DNA of 64,000 nucleotides from Kudoa neothunni (lineage: Eukaryota > Animalia > Cnidaria): NCBI GenBank assembly GCA_964304625.1, contig OZ199840.1, positions 3,361,631-3,425,630 on the forward strand. Reading direction: 5' to 3'. The position numbers and the translations under genes are program-made. The notes beneath the pieces are model-generated. The model was not told the DNA's origin and did not search any database. It saw only the letters and a program-made list of their open reading frames with translations. Each line of letters starts with the position of its first letter. The stretch's first letter is position 1. Shown here piece after piece: positions 51,191 to 64,000 of this stretch.

Positions 51191-54100
51191 CAGGCACGTG
51201 CCATGGGTAATTGCTCGGGGTAGGCAGCCGCTGCCTTGGTACAAGAAAATTGCAACTATTTATATCTGTATATAGGAAACTAAAAAATATCGAAACTATA
51301 AATAATTTTTTAAGGAAATTAGTTTGGATTTAATATTTAAGAAATATTGTTCAATAAATTTTTTAATAACTTTTTACCGGGAATTGTAATTCTTAGGTTG
51401 AATTTGTAGACTAAAGATAAAACATTAAAAGTATATATAGAATTTTTCAGGATTTTGAAATGTTTACTTGAGTAAATTAATGCATATGCGTGAGAACGCA
51501 ATTAGTTTGAATTCTAACGATTTATTTGGAATATGGACGTCTCTTTATCAAATTAAATAGGCTACAATAACAATCGAACGATATATTTTTATATTTTAAC
51601 GATTGATATATCAAGAAATTAATAATACTTCATTCTTAATAATTATTATGGAGATCATATCTAGTTAACGCTATAAAACATTCTTTATTTAAATTTGCAA
51701 CCCTGTCCTATGATACGTAAACATCTAAATTAGCTAATAAAGAGATTCTTTTACAATATTTTAGAGTCCAAACCAACAATGTTTCGATAGGACAAAATAA
51801 AGCGGATAAATTATTGATATATGTTAAAATTATAAAAATATTTGAAAGTTGGGTCTTGTTCCATCCTGTTAAGTCTTTCTTTTTCAGTCGATATTAATGC
51901 AAGGGAAGAAAGCCGTTGGTTTGCCATCCTGTTTCTTGTGTAGCTTTTAATTCGTTTCGATGCAGAAAACGACCTTTCTACAGAAATGGTTGTTGCAGGA
52001 ATCGTTAAAATTAATTGTAACAATTTGACAACTTCAGGAAATGTTTGGTCCAGCTGATTTTGGAAGATAAAATCGAGCCATTTTGCAGGGGACTTTTCAA
52101 TGAATACATGTGTATTATAAATTCCTGCCAAATCAGCTTTCAGTCTTAAAATGTCAAAAAATTTTCCATAGTTCCTTTGCAGGCTTTCAAGGGCGCTCGT
52201 ATCAACTTGACATGATAAATTGTCAAAGTTATTTACATTAATCAATGAAATAAATTTGAGATTTTCGACATCATTAAATCTCGTTCTCAGATTCTTTACT
52301 ATATCACTGACTATTGTATCAAATAATCTCGCTCTTTCATTTTTTATGTCACATTGAGGGCGAAGGATGGATCTAATTAAGTTGTATTCTTGGCAATATT
52401 TTTCGAACTTATAATACAATAATTCAAATTTTGTGTGCATATCCTCAAGTTTTGTTATTGTAACATTGATCCTTTCAATACAATACGCAATGTCTATCAT
52501 TTTCGTCTGCAATATATTGAAGAGCGCGTCAGTTAACACGAAAATTTCATTGTATATCATCAGTAAAAAGTATGTTGAGTCGTTTTTTAGCCAATTGTAA
52601 AGTCCATTACTTCGAAGTAAAGTGTCTGAATCCCATAATGAGGGATTGCTGTTCATATTGTAGAAAAGTTTGCAAAGATCACCGTGATACTCTAATATCA
52701 TCTGCACCAACTTTGAATTTGAATTCCATCTCGTTGCCGCTGCTGTTGGAATGCGTCTCCGCACAATTTCATCAAGAAATTGGACCCGTTTAGTTGATTT
52801 TTTGAAAAAGGAGGAAAGTGCTTCATTGGTCTTGAAAAAACTCGTACAATCAGGGATAAATTTGGCCGATTGTGACAACACAAGATTTAACTTATGGGCG
52901 TAACAGTGAGTAAACAGCGCGGTCGATATCTTTTGTCTAACTTTCGACTGAACTCCATTTAAATGGGAGGTCACAACTATCGCTCCATCATACGTTTGTG
53001 CGATTAATTTCTCTTCAATGTTGTATTTATATATGTTTTTAAATACATATTCCATTACACCATCCGCTGTTCTGTAACGTAGAATATCAAATCCAATGAA
53101 AACATCCTTAATTTTTGATCCCAATACGTATCTCAATATTGTCGAACATTGAGATGTGCATGAGATATCGGTCGTCTCATCCACTTCTATCGCAACGAAC
53201 GGAGCCTGTGCTAATCCCTCTTTAATATTATTCTCCAAAACCATCTTTATAGCCTCAATCAGATCATTTTGAATCCTGTTGGAAATACCAGAAAAGACTG
53301 ATGAATTCTGTAAGTGACAAGATAATTTTTCGTCGAATTTTGCGGTAAAACTCAACAACTCCAAATAATTACCACGATTTAAAGACAGTTTGTGTTCATG
53401 ATCACCGCGAAAAGCAAGTTCTTGTTTAATCAAAAAGCAAACTGCACGGATCAATGTTTTCAATATCTCTCTGTTATCCTTAACATTTTTATTGTGAAGT
53501 TCAATCGAAATATTTTTCTGTTGATCAATGAGACAATCTACTCGTACAGATCCAAATGTTTTCCATGAAACTTGACTTTGATAGTGTGTTGCGGATCACT
53601 CATGTTTATTTAAAGCGATTGGCAAATTATTCAAGTCGAAATATCCTTTGACCCACACACTTTCACTAGTCACTGAAAAAAGCAAACATGGGAAGCAAAA
53701 AAGCCTTATTGTTGTAGCACACCCACATAACCACTCTTTTTTCTCATACCATGAAGTATTAAACGTCCTGATAATTGTCTTATCTTTCAGTTGTTTAAGT
53801 TCTTTAAGATCAGGTGTCGGTCTACCATTACTTATAATTTGTAATTTATCTTCATAAGGAAGTTTTGAAAACTCTTTAAGATATCCGATGTCCATATTTG
53901 AAGAGATTAAGTAAGATTAACAGAGGCGCGGGCTCTTCTTACAAGTAGGACAATAATTAGTATTAACTTTGGGCGATATATCCCAGTATAGTTGTCATAT
54001 AGATTATCGTATTTTAAAAATTACCTTTAATTAAAATTAAGAAAAAATTGAAGAAACAAAACAATTTATTTGAATTAATAATGCACGCGCAACTGGAATA

Positions 54101-54435
54101 TTTTAGAAAGATCACGTGACTCGCACGTAGGCAGAATTTATACTGCCTACGGTCGGCCATTAAAAACGCAGTGATGCGCAGAATGATGCGGCACATGCTA
54201 GTCACGAAATTTTACGTGGATTTTATACAACGATTAGAAGGCAGAGATGACGTGTGCCTATCTTGCTACTAATACCTCGAATTTTTTTCTAGCTTTATAA
54301 TAATATTTAAATAATTATTGTAGTTTTGAGATAAAAGGAATTTTATCTTTAAAAATTAGTTAGTTAATTTTTTCCCAAATTTTATCCATCAAGGTAGGCA
54401 GTGCCTACCTTGCCTACCCTGACGGCACGTGCCTG
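51191..54435 (-). mobile_element. hAT transposon (ZMYM1/DUF4371-type transposase)
   Basis: 12-bp TIRs CAGGCACGTGCC / GGCACGTGCCTG, subterminal GGTAGGCA repeats; no 8-bp TSD visible. Confidence 0.9.
51811..53895 (-). pseudogene. hAT transposase, one in-frame TGA at 53596-53598
   Basis: ORFs 53596-53895 and 51811-53463 share a frame; TTF-type Zn finger (WY..WL..LFCFPCLLF), DETTD, TYDGA, HCYAH, TRWNS, ERSFS. Confidence 0.9.
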
Positions 54436-54969
54436 TCCTAAATAGCGTACACGCACGCGCGATGGAAATTTTTAATCCCAATAACTTTTACTCACAAGAA
54501 ATACATGGATTTTATTCTTTAGAATGTGTTAAATTTAATTATTTATGAATAATACAAGCGAAGAGGTGGACCAGGAACAATTTAACATAGTCAAAACCAG
54601 TTCACTCGAATAATATTTACCATGCAAATAGCCACTTTTTTCAATTAAAGGTTATCCAAATATTATCATTAAAACATTAAAAATTATAAGAATATAATAT
54701 TAAAGTCCCTAAATGTTACAATTCGTAGAAAAAAACAAAGCGAGAAAGTTTTCGCGTATTAAATATATCGAAACATATAAGAGAGTAATTGCATAAATGT
54801 GCTTCAAAAAATCTCATTACATGAAATCATATTAGATATAATAAAACAAAAGTTTTTGAAAAGTCATGTATCCTCATGATAAAAATGGTAATGGAAGATT
54901 ACAATTGAAAGGGTGATAATGGTGAGATATTAACCCCAAACGAAAACAAAAATTAGGTCATCGAAAATA

Positions 54970-57900
54970 TTAAGTAAATCTTTGCTGATTAGATTGTTGA
55001 TTGAAGTTGGTTGGTAGGTTATTGGGATTGACATTTAAGTTTGGTGGTTGTTGCATACCACTTTTTCATTGATTGTATATTAGATTGATTGATATCCACA
55101 TTTTGTTGAGGTATGAATTGTTGATGATGGTATTGGCTGGTTGAAGCAACATCGGGCGCTACCATTAGGTTGGATTTGAAAGATTGGGACGGTATCATAT
55201 AGTCATTGTTTTGAGGGGCAAGTTGTTGTCGAGATGGTCGAATCAAACGCATTCCGGAATTCGAATTGTTATTCATATTACCGAAATGCATAGGTTGTTG
55301 GGATGGATTAGAGGATAAAGGTACCATAGGATTCATAGGGGAAAATGATACATTTGGCATTTGACCACCATGTGATGATTGTTGTACATTAGAATTAAGC
55401 ATTCCACTATTATCGGTACCGGTATTATTATTGCCCCCGATACCATCTCCAAGGTTGTTATTGTTGCATTGGTTCATGATCATGTTGAATTGTTGTTGTA
55501 GATAGAGTTGTTCTTTTAATGGGTCAGTGAGGGGGATAGAGCCTTGATTGGAAGGTGCTAAACCTTGTAGATTGAGCGATGGTTTCATTGCCGTTTGGTA
55601 ATAAAAGCCTCGCATCGATTGTGGAGCATTCGCAGAGGGTGAATTAAAATAAGCCGGATTCGATTGTTGTTGATGGATACTACCATCACGATTCATCATC
55701 TAAAATCAATTTTACATGCATAAATAGGTATCGAGCCAATCATACAGATGACATATCTGAATTGGGATCGAGTTGTGCAGGCACATTTGAAATATTTGGA
55801 TTCACAGGAACTACAAACATCAACATATTAGAGCCAATAAACAGTCACTATTTATACTTCTAATATTTTGTCTATTTACAAACTGCGAATTGATTTGGTT
55901 ATGTTGTTGTTGTTGTTGTTGTTGCATGTAAGAAGGGATAATAAACTGTTGGTTTTCATTAGAATTGTTTGGATTAAATTTGATTCCGGATGTATTCTGA
56001 GGTAGGATGGGATTACCGAGTTGGCTTGGACCAGAGCTTGGGGGTACACTCATTTGCCTTCCCATTTGGTCGTTGATTTGATTTCTGTCTAATACACCTG
56101 GAACATTTACATTTTGTGGATGAGTGAATTGTGGAATTTGCATTCCAGCTGACGATCCTGTGAAAGTATTTTGTTGCATGTAGTTAGTCTGGATTTGTTC
56201 ATTTGGAGTAGATTGGTAGACCATATTAGCCGTATTTTTAAGTTCATTGTTAACAACATTTTTGTTTAATGTAGGTGACGAGTCAATGACAGGATTATTA
56301 ACAAAAGTTTGGCAATTTTTAAGATCATAAGCCGGATGATTTGAGGTTGGCACATTTAGATTTGCACTTCCAGGAAGTGTCGTGCTAAAGTTTTCGACCG
56401 GAGTTCCACCAAGCCCGGAACTGGGTATAGTGGAGGCGGCACCTCCAATTACTTGGAATGTATTGTCGATCTCGGACTGAAAAGGTAGATGTTCGTTGGA
56501 TTTGGTATTTGAATTTGCCACCGAGCTTTTGAACAGAGCGACATCATAATTAAAAGATTTAACCTCAGACTGGAAGCGAATTCTCTCCTGAACCAACATA
56601 TGTTTAAGTATTTTTAGCCTATCTCTCTCAACAATAAAAGCCTGTTCTATCTCATTTAACACTCTAAGTTTCTCATCGATTTTTTCTTTTTGTTTTACAA
56701 CCACATCTTGTATCATTTCTTTCATTTGTTGAGTGTATTTTTCGCATCGTTCGTTTGCCACCACACACACAGCAGCAACTGCCGAACTAACTCCTTTAAC
56801 CACATTGGACACTTTGGAGATGTCGGTTTGTGTAGGCGGCGATTTAGATTTATTATTTTCTATGCTATCTGTGACAGAGTTAAGATTCTGGTCGGTGGAC
56901 GAATCACCAAGCAGTTGAGTGTGTGCTTCCATGGCTGCTTTGCATGCGGAATTTAAAATCTTTGGATGAACACAAGAAGCCAACGCACTGATCAACCTAG
57001 ACAGAGGATGGTTGGGGTCATCAAGAAAGCAAAAATCATCCATCGTCTTATTGATTTTGTCCACTAAACATTGGCACATTTGAAAATTGAATCTCACATC
57101 GAACCTACCTGGATCCAATGTGGCAACATCTGAAAAAATTTCATTATCAGCCAAGGTGAGATATTTCAAAACACAATCTTTATCCGATTTGTCAGTGTTC
57201 ACATGTTGAGCTATAAGGTCCCACTTTTCTCCATGCAATTGGACTCCCTAATAAAAAGTTTTTTCAATTGTATTCAAATCGATAACCAAATAATACCTCG
57301 AGCAACCTAGCAACATCTTCCACTGGCCATTCTGGAACAACCACACTCTCCTATCACATAACCAACAATTGTACAATTGATATCAACCACCGAAAAATCA
57401 CTTTGCTCTCATCCAACACAGTCTCCAAGAAACCAGAAACACTAGAATTATTCTTTTGTGGTGAGTGAGGTTTTGAGTCATTATCATTATTAAAATTATC
57501 ACCTAGCCACAAATTGGTACAAAAAACCTTATTAATGCATTACAAAATTCCTGTAGAATATTGACTTGAGAAGGAGAACCTTCACCCATCGAACAAGTGG
57601 TAGCAGTTATATTGTTATCGTCCTTGGTTGGTTTCTCCTCACATCTGTAATTTATAAGTTTCCATTGTTCCATAAAGGAAAACAATCGCATCAAAGTGCA
57701 TGTTTCCAATGGGATATAATGTCTACACGTGGTAAGAGACAAATATCTTGAAGGATCAGAATGATAGAGGTCATATATTGTGTTTCTAACACTTATGTAT
57801 CTAAAGCATTAGCGGTTGTAGTGGAAACACATCATCATTGGGCGCGGTAAAATTACTTAGAAGGAGTTTTAATGGTATGATCATGATTTAAAAAATCCTT

Positions 57901-58308
57901 GAATTCAACTTTTTCCACATCACTCATACTACAGATGGACAATGTTAGATATACAGTTGAGTTATTGTCGCTCTCATCATCATATACCTGTCGTACTCAA
58001 ACCAATCAATATGAGTAGGCTTAAACCTCTTCCGGGGACATTGAACACTGCTGTCTATTCCATGGGTCTCATCGGTATTAAAATTATCTTTTTGATCCTC
58101 TGTAATGCAGTGTTATAAAAATACACAATAACGAATGTCAATCGAAAAACCCACCTTTATTATTGTCAGATGTGAGATTCTATAACACCGCATTAATAGA
58201 TCAACAACACACACATATTACTGTAGAATCGGCGTCGATCTTCATTGGCGAAACGCTGAGCTTGTCTGCTTTTTCAGGTGAGACGCCAGACTCAATCTTC
58301 TGCGACAT
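54970..58308 (-). CDS. SMARCC: SWI/SNF subunit SMARCC1/2 (BAF155/170, SWI3/Moira) homolog, multi-exon
   Basis: SWIRM (YISVRNTIYDLY..YLSLTTCRH..LMRLFSFMEQWKLINY), SANT (WPVEDVARLLE/GVQLHGEKWDLIAQHV..CVLKYL), NHPLSRLISALASCVHPKI..AAM, coiled coil ..IDEKLRVLNEIE..ER..LVQER, Q/N/P-rich tail. End at 54970 assumes a 1-nt homopolymer error (otherwise 55019). Confidence 0.9.
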
Positions 58309-58615
58309 AAATTTTTATTAAGCGCTTGCGCGACCTATTTGCAAATGTAAGTATTGGGTTTTTGAAAATGTGGCCGAGTCTTATTAAATAGAATTCAAGA
58401 TAGGATACACTTAAAATATTAATAATTAAAAGTGGAAACAGAAAAAAGAACTGCGATGTATATATAATTTTTGAGTATTTGTCAAGATTGGAATAATTTG
58501 GAAAGAGTTTAATGATTATAAGTGTTTGGTTGTGGGTATTCAAATAATTTAAAATAAGTGCGATTAGTTTTATTACTAGCTCGGCAAAGAAACTTTTCAC
58601 CATAGACGAAAACTA

Positions 58616-58624
58616 GCGCATGCG
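58616..58624. promoter_or_regulatory. NRF1-like GCGCATGCG upstream of SMARCC
   Basis: Same core as the BUD23 upstream motif, ~310 bp 5' of the SMARCC ATG. Confidence 0.4.
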
Positions 58625-59746
58625 AATAATGTAAGAAACCGCTGTTTCAAATAGGTTCTCCACGAAGCTTTTATTTGATCGATTATAAACCGAAAACTTG
58701 TTTGAAAGGGATAATTTCAGTTTAGATTATAATTATCAGCTGTAAGTACCTCAACCGTTAATTATTCAACAATTGGCTTAATGGAGCTAACTCTAATCTT
58801 TTATTAGGGGTTAGATTCCTGGATTTTACGAGTTTTCTATCTGCAAATTTTTATACATATGCGCGTAAAATGAGTTATTGTCCAATATCTCATGGATATT
58901 GTGGATAGATGTGTTAATAAACAAACTAAGGATTGGTGTGCTCACAACTTTGTGTTGTAGGGATTAAAAATTACTGATCTCGTTTTAGCAGGTAGTGGCT
59001 ATTTGCATGGATGGGAATATCTCCTAGAATACGTGAGATATTAGGAATTCGCTTTCAATTATGTATTAGTTTAAAATTTCCTAAAAAATGTGGAAATTTT
59101 TTAAAATCATTTTTAATGGAGAATTTATCGATTAAAACCATACTTTGACCATCTCTCATGGGACAAAAACGTATATTTCTTGATTTAGTAACATTATTAA
59201 ATGCCTTACAACATATGTTAGTGAATTAAGTTCTATGGTCTGCAATAGAATTGATTATTGCCATATTAGACGTTGTGCACACAAACCATTGGCTGTATGC
59301 CTCACAATTTTAATAATTGTCATACATTGAGCGTTCATTCTCGTTTGATCTAAATTGTCTCATAAAATTCATAGATTTTATTATTCCGTGAAATAATTTT
59401 ATACGCTAAACCATTTGGTTACGTTGAATCTGTATGGTGAATTTAAAATGTGAATCTCCGTGAATACCCCTATTTTGAGAACTGTACTATTTAAGTCACG
59501 TTTCACTTAAATTAAAATATGCTAGATGTATCTATATTTATTTCTAGCGCATCTTTCTTCGTAACGACTATACTAGATTCGTCTAGCTTGACTCATTACA
59601 AGTGCATGTATCGTATGATGAATCTGAAGATTCGATCAAATGATTATTAAAATAATTAATTCATTAATGCTGCCCTTGGTCTTGGTCAAGGGTAAAAATA
59701 TGAACAATAAAATAAAATAAGACCAATGCTTCAGAAATTGCCTTAA

Positions 59747-61970
59747 CCCATTCAGGATTTTCGTTGCGTTTTCGCAACAAAATGTACTTGATTATATAAC
59801 AACATATAAAATTATTATTTTAAATGTATTCTGTTATTTTAAATACTCAAACATAATAATTTATGGAAACAAATATTATTGGAGTTAATTCATATTTTAG
59901 GTTGAACAAAATATGATTTTATGTGCTATTTTTGAAATTCCAACTAGGCGAACACCAACTAGAGTTTCGCCTAACACAGACCATGAAAATCTTAGTAAAA
60001 AAACATATCAACTGCCATTTTTCATTCAATACCTATATATGATAATGAATGCATCAAAGGAGTAATGAATAAATACTTATTTGTAAAAAACACGTGTTGT
60101 GAAAACGCAACGAAATCCTCGAATGGGGTAATTGTGCGCTGCTTTAAATATCACTGTACAATGGAGCCAAAATCGCACATGAGTCTTTTCGATGCAATCA
60201 AAGAATATGAAGATAACGAAAATCTAGAGTCGATTGATTTTGTGTTATTATCTCGTGAAAAAGTCGACGCTCTTACAGATACTGAGGATAATTTTGAATC
60301 CAATTTTAATGGCATATGTGACATCAATTTAATTCCTGAGACGTGTGGAGAAATTGAAGTATTTTCTGAGGCTCTTGAATCCTTCGTAAACGTTGATAAC
60401 TTGATATGGACTGATAAAACTAATGTCGATTCTACTCAAGAAAAATCAAAATTTTTATGTCAGAATGAGACCATATCAATCAATCAATCGGAATATAGAT
60501 AATTTTTCATCAATACTTGAAAGGAACTTAAATTCTTATGGAACTTTTTTGGAGTTATTTGATGAAAATTTATTTACACGCATCGTGAAACAATCTAATT
60601 TATATGAGAGCCAGAATAACAACAATGACTTTCATGTTACGATTAGTGAAATGAAATCATTTATCGGCATTTTGATTTTGTCTGGTCATCGTAGATTAGC
60701 ACGCCAATGTATGTATTGGGAATCTTCTCCAGACGCTGGTGTTGAACTCGTTAAAGTTCAATGACCTACAAACGCTTCAAATCTATAAAAAAATTCATCC
60801 ATTCTAATAATCATTCAAATATTGACACCACCGATAGATTTTTTAAGGTACGCCCTTTAATTCAAGAATTTAACAAAAATTTCAAAAAATTTTGAATATT
60901 TGAAAAATATATATCTGTGGATGAGCAGATGGTACCTTATACTGGTTGGCATTCCGCTAAAATGTTTATGAAAAATAAACCAATTAGATTCGGCTTCAAG
61001 CAATGGGTTATGTCATCATCCTCCGGTTACATGTATAGTTTTGACGTGTATAGTGGAAAGTCAGAAAATTATGATAAAAAATATGGTTTGGGTGGTAATG
61101 TCGTAATCTCTTTCGAGAATGAAGTAAAACATGAAAAAGATCTCAAAAGAAGAAATATCAAGGCTACTGGAACCTCAAGATCAAACAGAATATCAAATTG
61201 CCGTTACTCCCCAAAAAGTAATGGCAAAAAAAAACAGGGGAGAATTTGAGATGTTTTCTGATGATCAACAAGGTGTTAATTACATTCAATGGAATGATAC
61301 GAAACCTGTTATCGCATTGAGTAATTGCTACACCTCTCACCCTCCCCAAAGCATCAAAATATACTGTAGGTCAAAAAAAAGAAATTACTATTAGTCAACC
61401 ATTTATGATATGTGCATATAATAAGTTTATCGGTGGAGTAGATATTGCCGATAATTTAATTTCTTGTTATAGAATTAATATAAAAGGAAAAAAATGGTAT
61501 TGGCCCATTTTTACGAATATGATATCAATGGCAGTAGTAAATTCATGGAGGATTTATAATATTGTAAATAACACACAAATTGACTTGTTGAAACATGTCA
61601 GGAATATAATGACTGACTTGGTAACATCCACAAAAACCAGCATTGGCCGAAAGTCTCTGTTGGGTAAATTGCAGAACGCATATCTATGTAATAAACCAAC
61701 ATTGGTGTCTCATCCTCACAAAATAAGACGTAGGTGTGTGGTATGTAAAAACACTACCGTCCATATTTGCAAAAGTTATGGAAATCATATTCATATAAAG
61801 TGCTCTGGCTGTTCCACAAGTGAATGATTAAAATTATAATTTTCTTGTAGATAACTTTTTTTTCTCATGTATTTGACAAATATTATTTATGTGCGTTATA
61901 ATCTTATGTCCGCCCATACAAGAAAATTTTTTATTGTAATACAAAAATACAAAATTGGAACCTGAATGGG
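59747..61970 (+). mobile_element. piggyBac transposon with TTAA TSDs, decayed transposase
   Basis: TTAA-CCCATTCAGG ... CCTGAATGGG-TTAA; SVDEQMVPYTGWHSAKMFMKNKPIRFGFK, YNKFIGGVDIAD, KKWYWPIF, C-terminal RRCVVC..HIHIKC. Confidence 0.93.
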
Positions 61971-63423
61971 TTAAGATGACGTTTAAATCTGCTTCCTTTT
62001 TGATATGCAAGTTTCATCTCTGCCAAATATTCCAACGAGAAGTTAAAAAGGAAAATATGGAATAAATTCAGAGAAAAAATTGTAAGTATGAAAAGTTTCG
62101 ATGAAATAGTTTATAGTATTAGTAAGGACCAATTTGATCCCAGATGTGATGAATTATATGGGCGCGGATTTTACAACCTCAATATTTATTTTGATAAAAT
62201 ATGGAAATTAATCGTAAGTGAATGGGTCGTTGGTGTAAGTTATGCTGACAATTATTTTAAAATTGCACAAATGAAAGATCGAAAGCGTTGTTAAGAAATT
62301 TTCAACTCCGCAAGAATTCTTCATATCGTTCTTCTGTTATCTGAAATCCATCAGAATTGAGAGAAAACATATAATATAATGGTTACCAAATATTTCCAGT
62401 CATATGATATTATAAGTAATAACGGAACTTTCTATCAATACCATACTCGTCTGGCACTTTACGCATCTAACATTATTATGGAGTAACTTTCCAAAATAAA
62501 AATTATAAGGAAAATGAGTAAAGCATCTGTTATTGGGCTTGCCAAAAAAACCATCAAGAAGAAATGACTTAATTTTTTTTAAATAAAATTATTATCTATT
62601 ATTGATTCAAAAAATTTGTGACTCAATGAATTTAATAAAACTAGTATTTTAACAAATCGATAAAATTGTTGTATGAAAAATAGTAAAAATGTAGAAATTG
62701 CTAAGATGCCGACAAAAGATGGATACAAACATATTTGAATTAAAAAATAAGTGGTAGTTTGGCGGCTGCAGTTTTTTCTACTATTTATAGCCGCTGGAAT
62801 TAATTGTGAAAGTTAGCTGATACACATGCCACATTGGCGTTGGTGGATAATTTGAATTAATTGGCTTAGGATAACATAAATTAGTATTTAATGTTACTAA
62901 ATCGGGAAAAATATAATTTTGATATATGTAAAATTATTCAAATATGGTTTTAATAGACAAATTTTCCATTTAAAATTCTTAAAAAAATTTATAAAATTTC
63001 TTAGGATAAATATAGTCTATTGTTTTGTGAAATCGAATTTTTAATAATTTACGTATTCTAGGAGATACTCCCACCCATGCAGATAACCGCGCATTTTTAG
63101 CAAAGCACAGATTAGCTCTTTCTGTATTGACTAAGATACCTGTTGTACTCTATAATATCCATTTATTTTATAATAATAATAATAATCCTCGGTAAGTTTT
63201 TATTTCGCGAATCATGATTTCTTGAATTATCGTCAAAAGAAACCCGCTTTTAGTCACAACATATGAGATTTTAAATGAATATTTTACAATTTTAAATAAG
63301 GCGGTCTCGATACTTTGTGTATATAAATACTCGACTCTCATCGAAAGTTCAAGATTATCAAAAGCGGAACAGAATAAGTTTTATAATTTAAACTAAATCA
63401 CTTAAATGGCGAATTTTCTTTAA

Positions 63424-63438
63424 CCATCGAATACCTGG
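63424..63438 (+). mobile_element. piggyBac-type terminus related to the 29539 element
   Basis: TTAA-CCATCGAATACCTGG versus TTAA-CCTTCGAATACCTGG at 29535; partner end not seen in the window. Confidence 0.5.
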
Positions 63439-64000
63439 AGGTGGCCGGTGGCCACTGTGGTTAATCCACGCTTATTATATCAATAACTTTTACAAAATAT
63501 TTTATTTCCTTTTTTATCTACGTGTATTTTATAGTATAATGATACTTTCAAAAATATTAAAATAATGGAGTTTTAAGTTTAATTCCTTTTTTAAAAATGG
63601 AAAAAAAAATTATACACATACCTAACCTAAACAGGCCCACCGTGGCCAACATATAAACAATAACGTTTAGATAGTTTAAAAAATGTAAAAAACCTTTCTG
63701 AAGTAAAATAGAAATTATAAATGTACATTGAATCAAGGAATTTTTTTCAAATTAATTTTTTGTTTCTATAACAACTCGATTCCGTTAACTAATTTAATCT
63801 AGCATGTAAATCGCGCATTATATAATTTTGTTAAATTTCACATCAACAAAAAGTAGTAAGGTAAATATAAATGTTCAAGTGTAATTTAAACCATCTTACC
63901 ATAACTCAAACATTTGAAATCTAAAAATCCTTGGACTATATATATATATATATATTTCTTATTCATATAATAATTTATAATGCTAAATTTCAATTTATAA

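Noticed and set aside
1-64000. CRISPR arrays or prokaryotic systems
   Set aside because: Eukaryotic intron-containing DNA; no regular repeat-spacer array.

Overview
AT-rich eukaryotic (animal-like) genomic DNA with compact genes and very short GT-AG introns, consistent with a genome-reduced organism such as a parasite (inference only). The main signal is at 1-14343: an intact tRNA-Lys(CTT) gene (minus strand) heads a head-to-tail array of at least three divergent restriction-like-endonuclease (RLE) non-LTR retrotransposons (NeSL/Utopia/R2-superfamily-like). Each complete element 3' end joins a tRNA-Lys 3' half that begins in the anticodon loop. The element ORF is in frame with an ATG inside the tRNA T-stem, and decay increases with distance from the intact tRNA. 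Host genes: a type-I membrane protein of Cys-rich FN3-like modules, BUD23/WBSCR22, a putative PPxY single-pass membrane protein, and an N-terminally short SMARCC/SWI3. The rest holds many decayed DNA transposons (piggyBac, pogo, IS630/Tc1, hAT, MITEs), a Ty3/gypsy remnant and a multi-level nested insertion. Some single-base frameshifts may be assembly errors.
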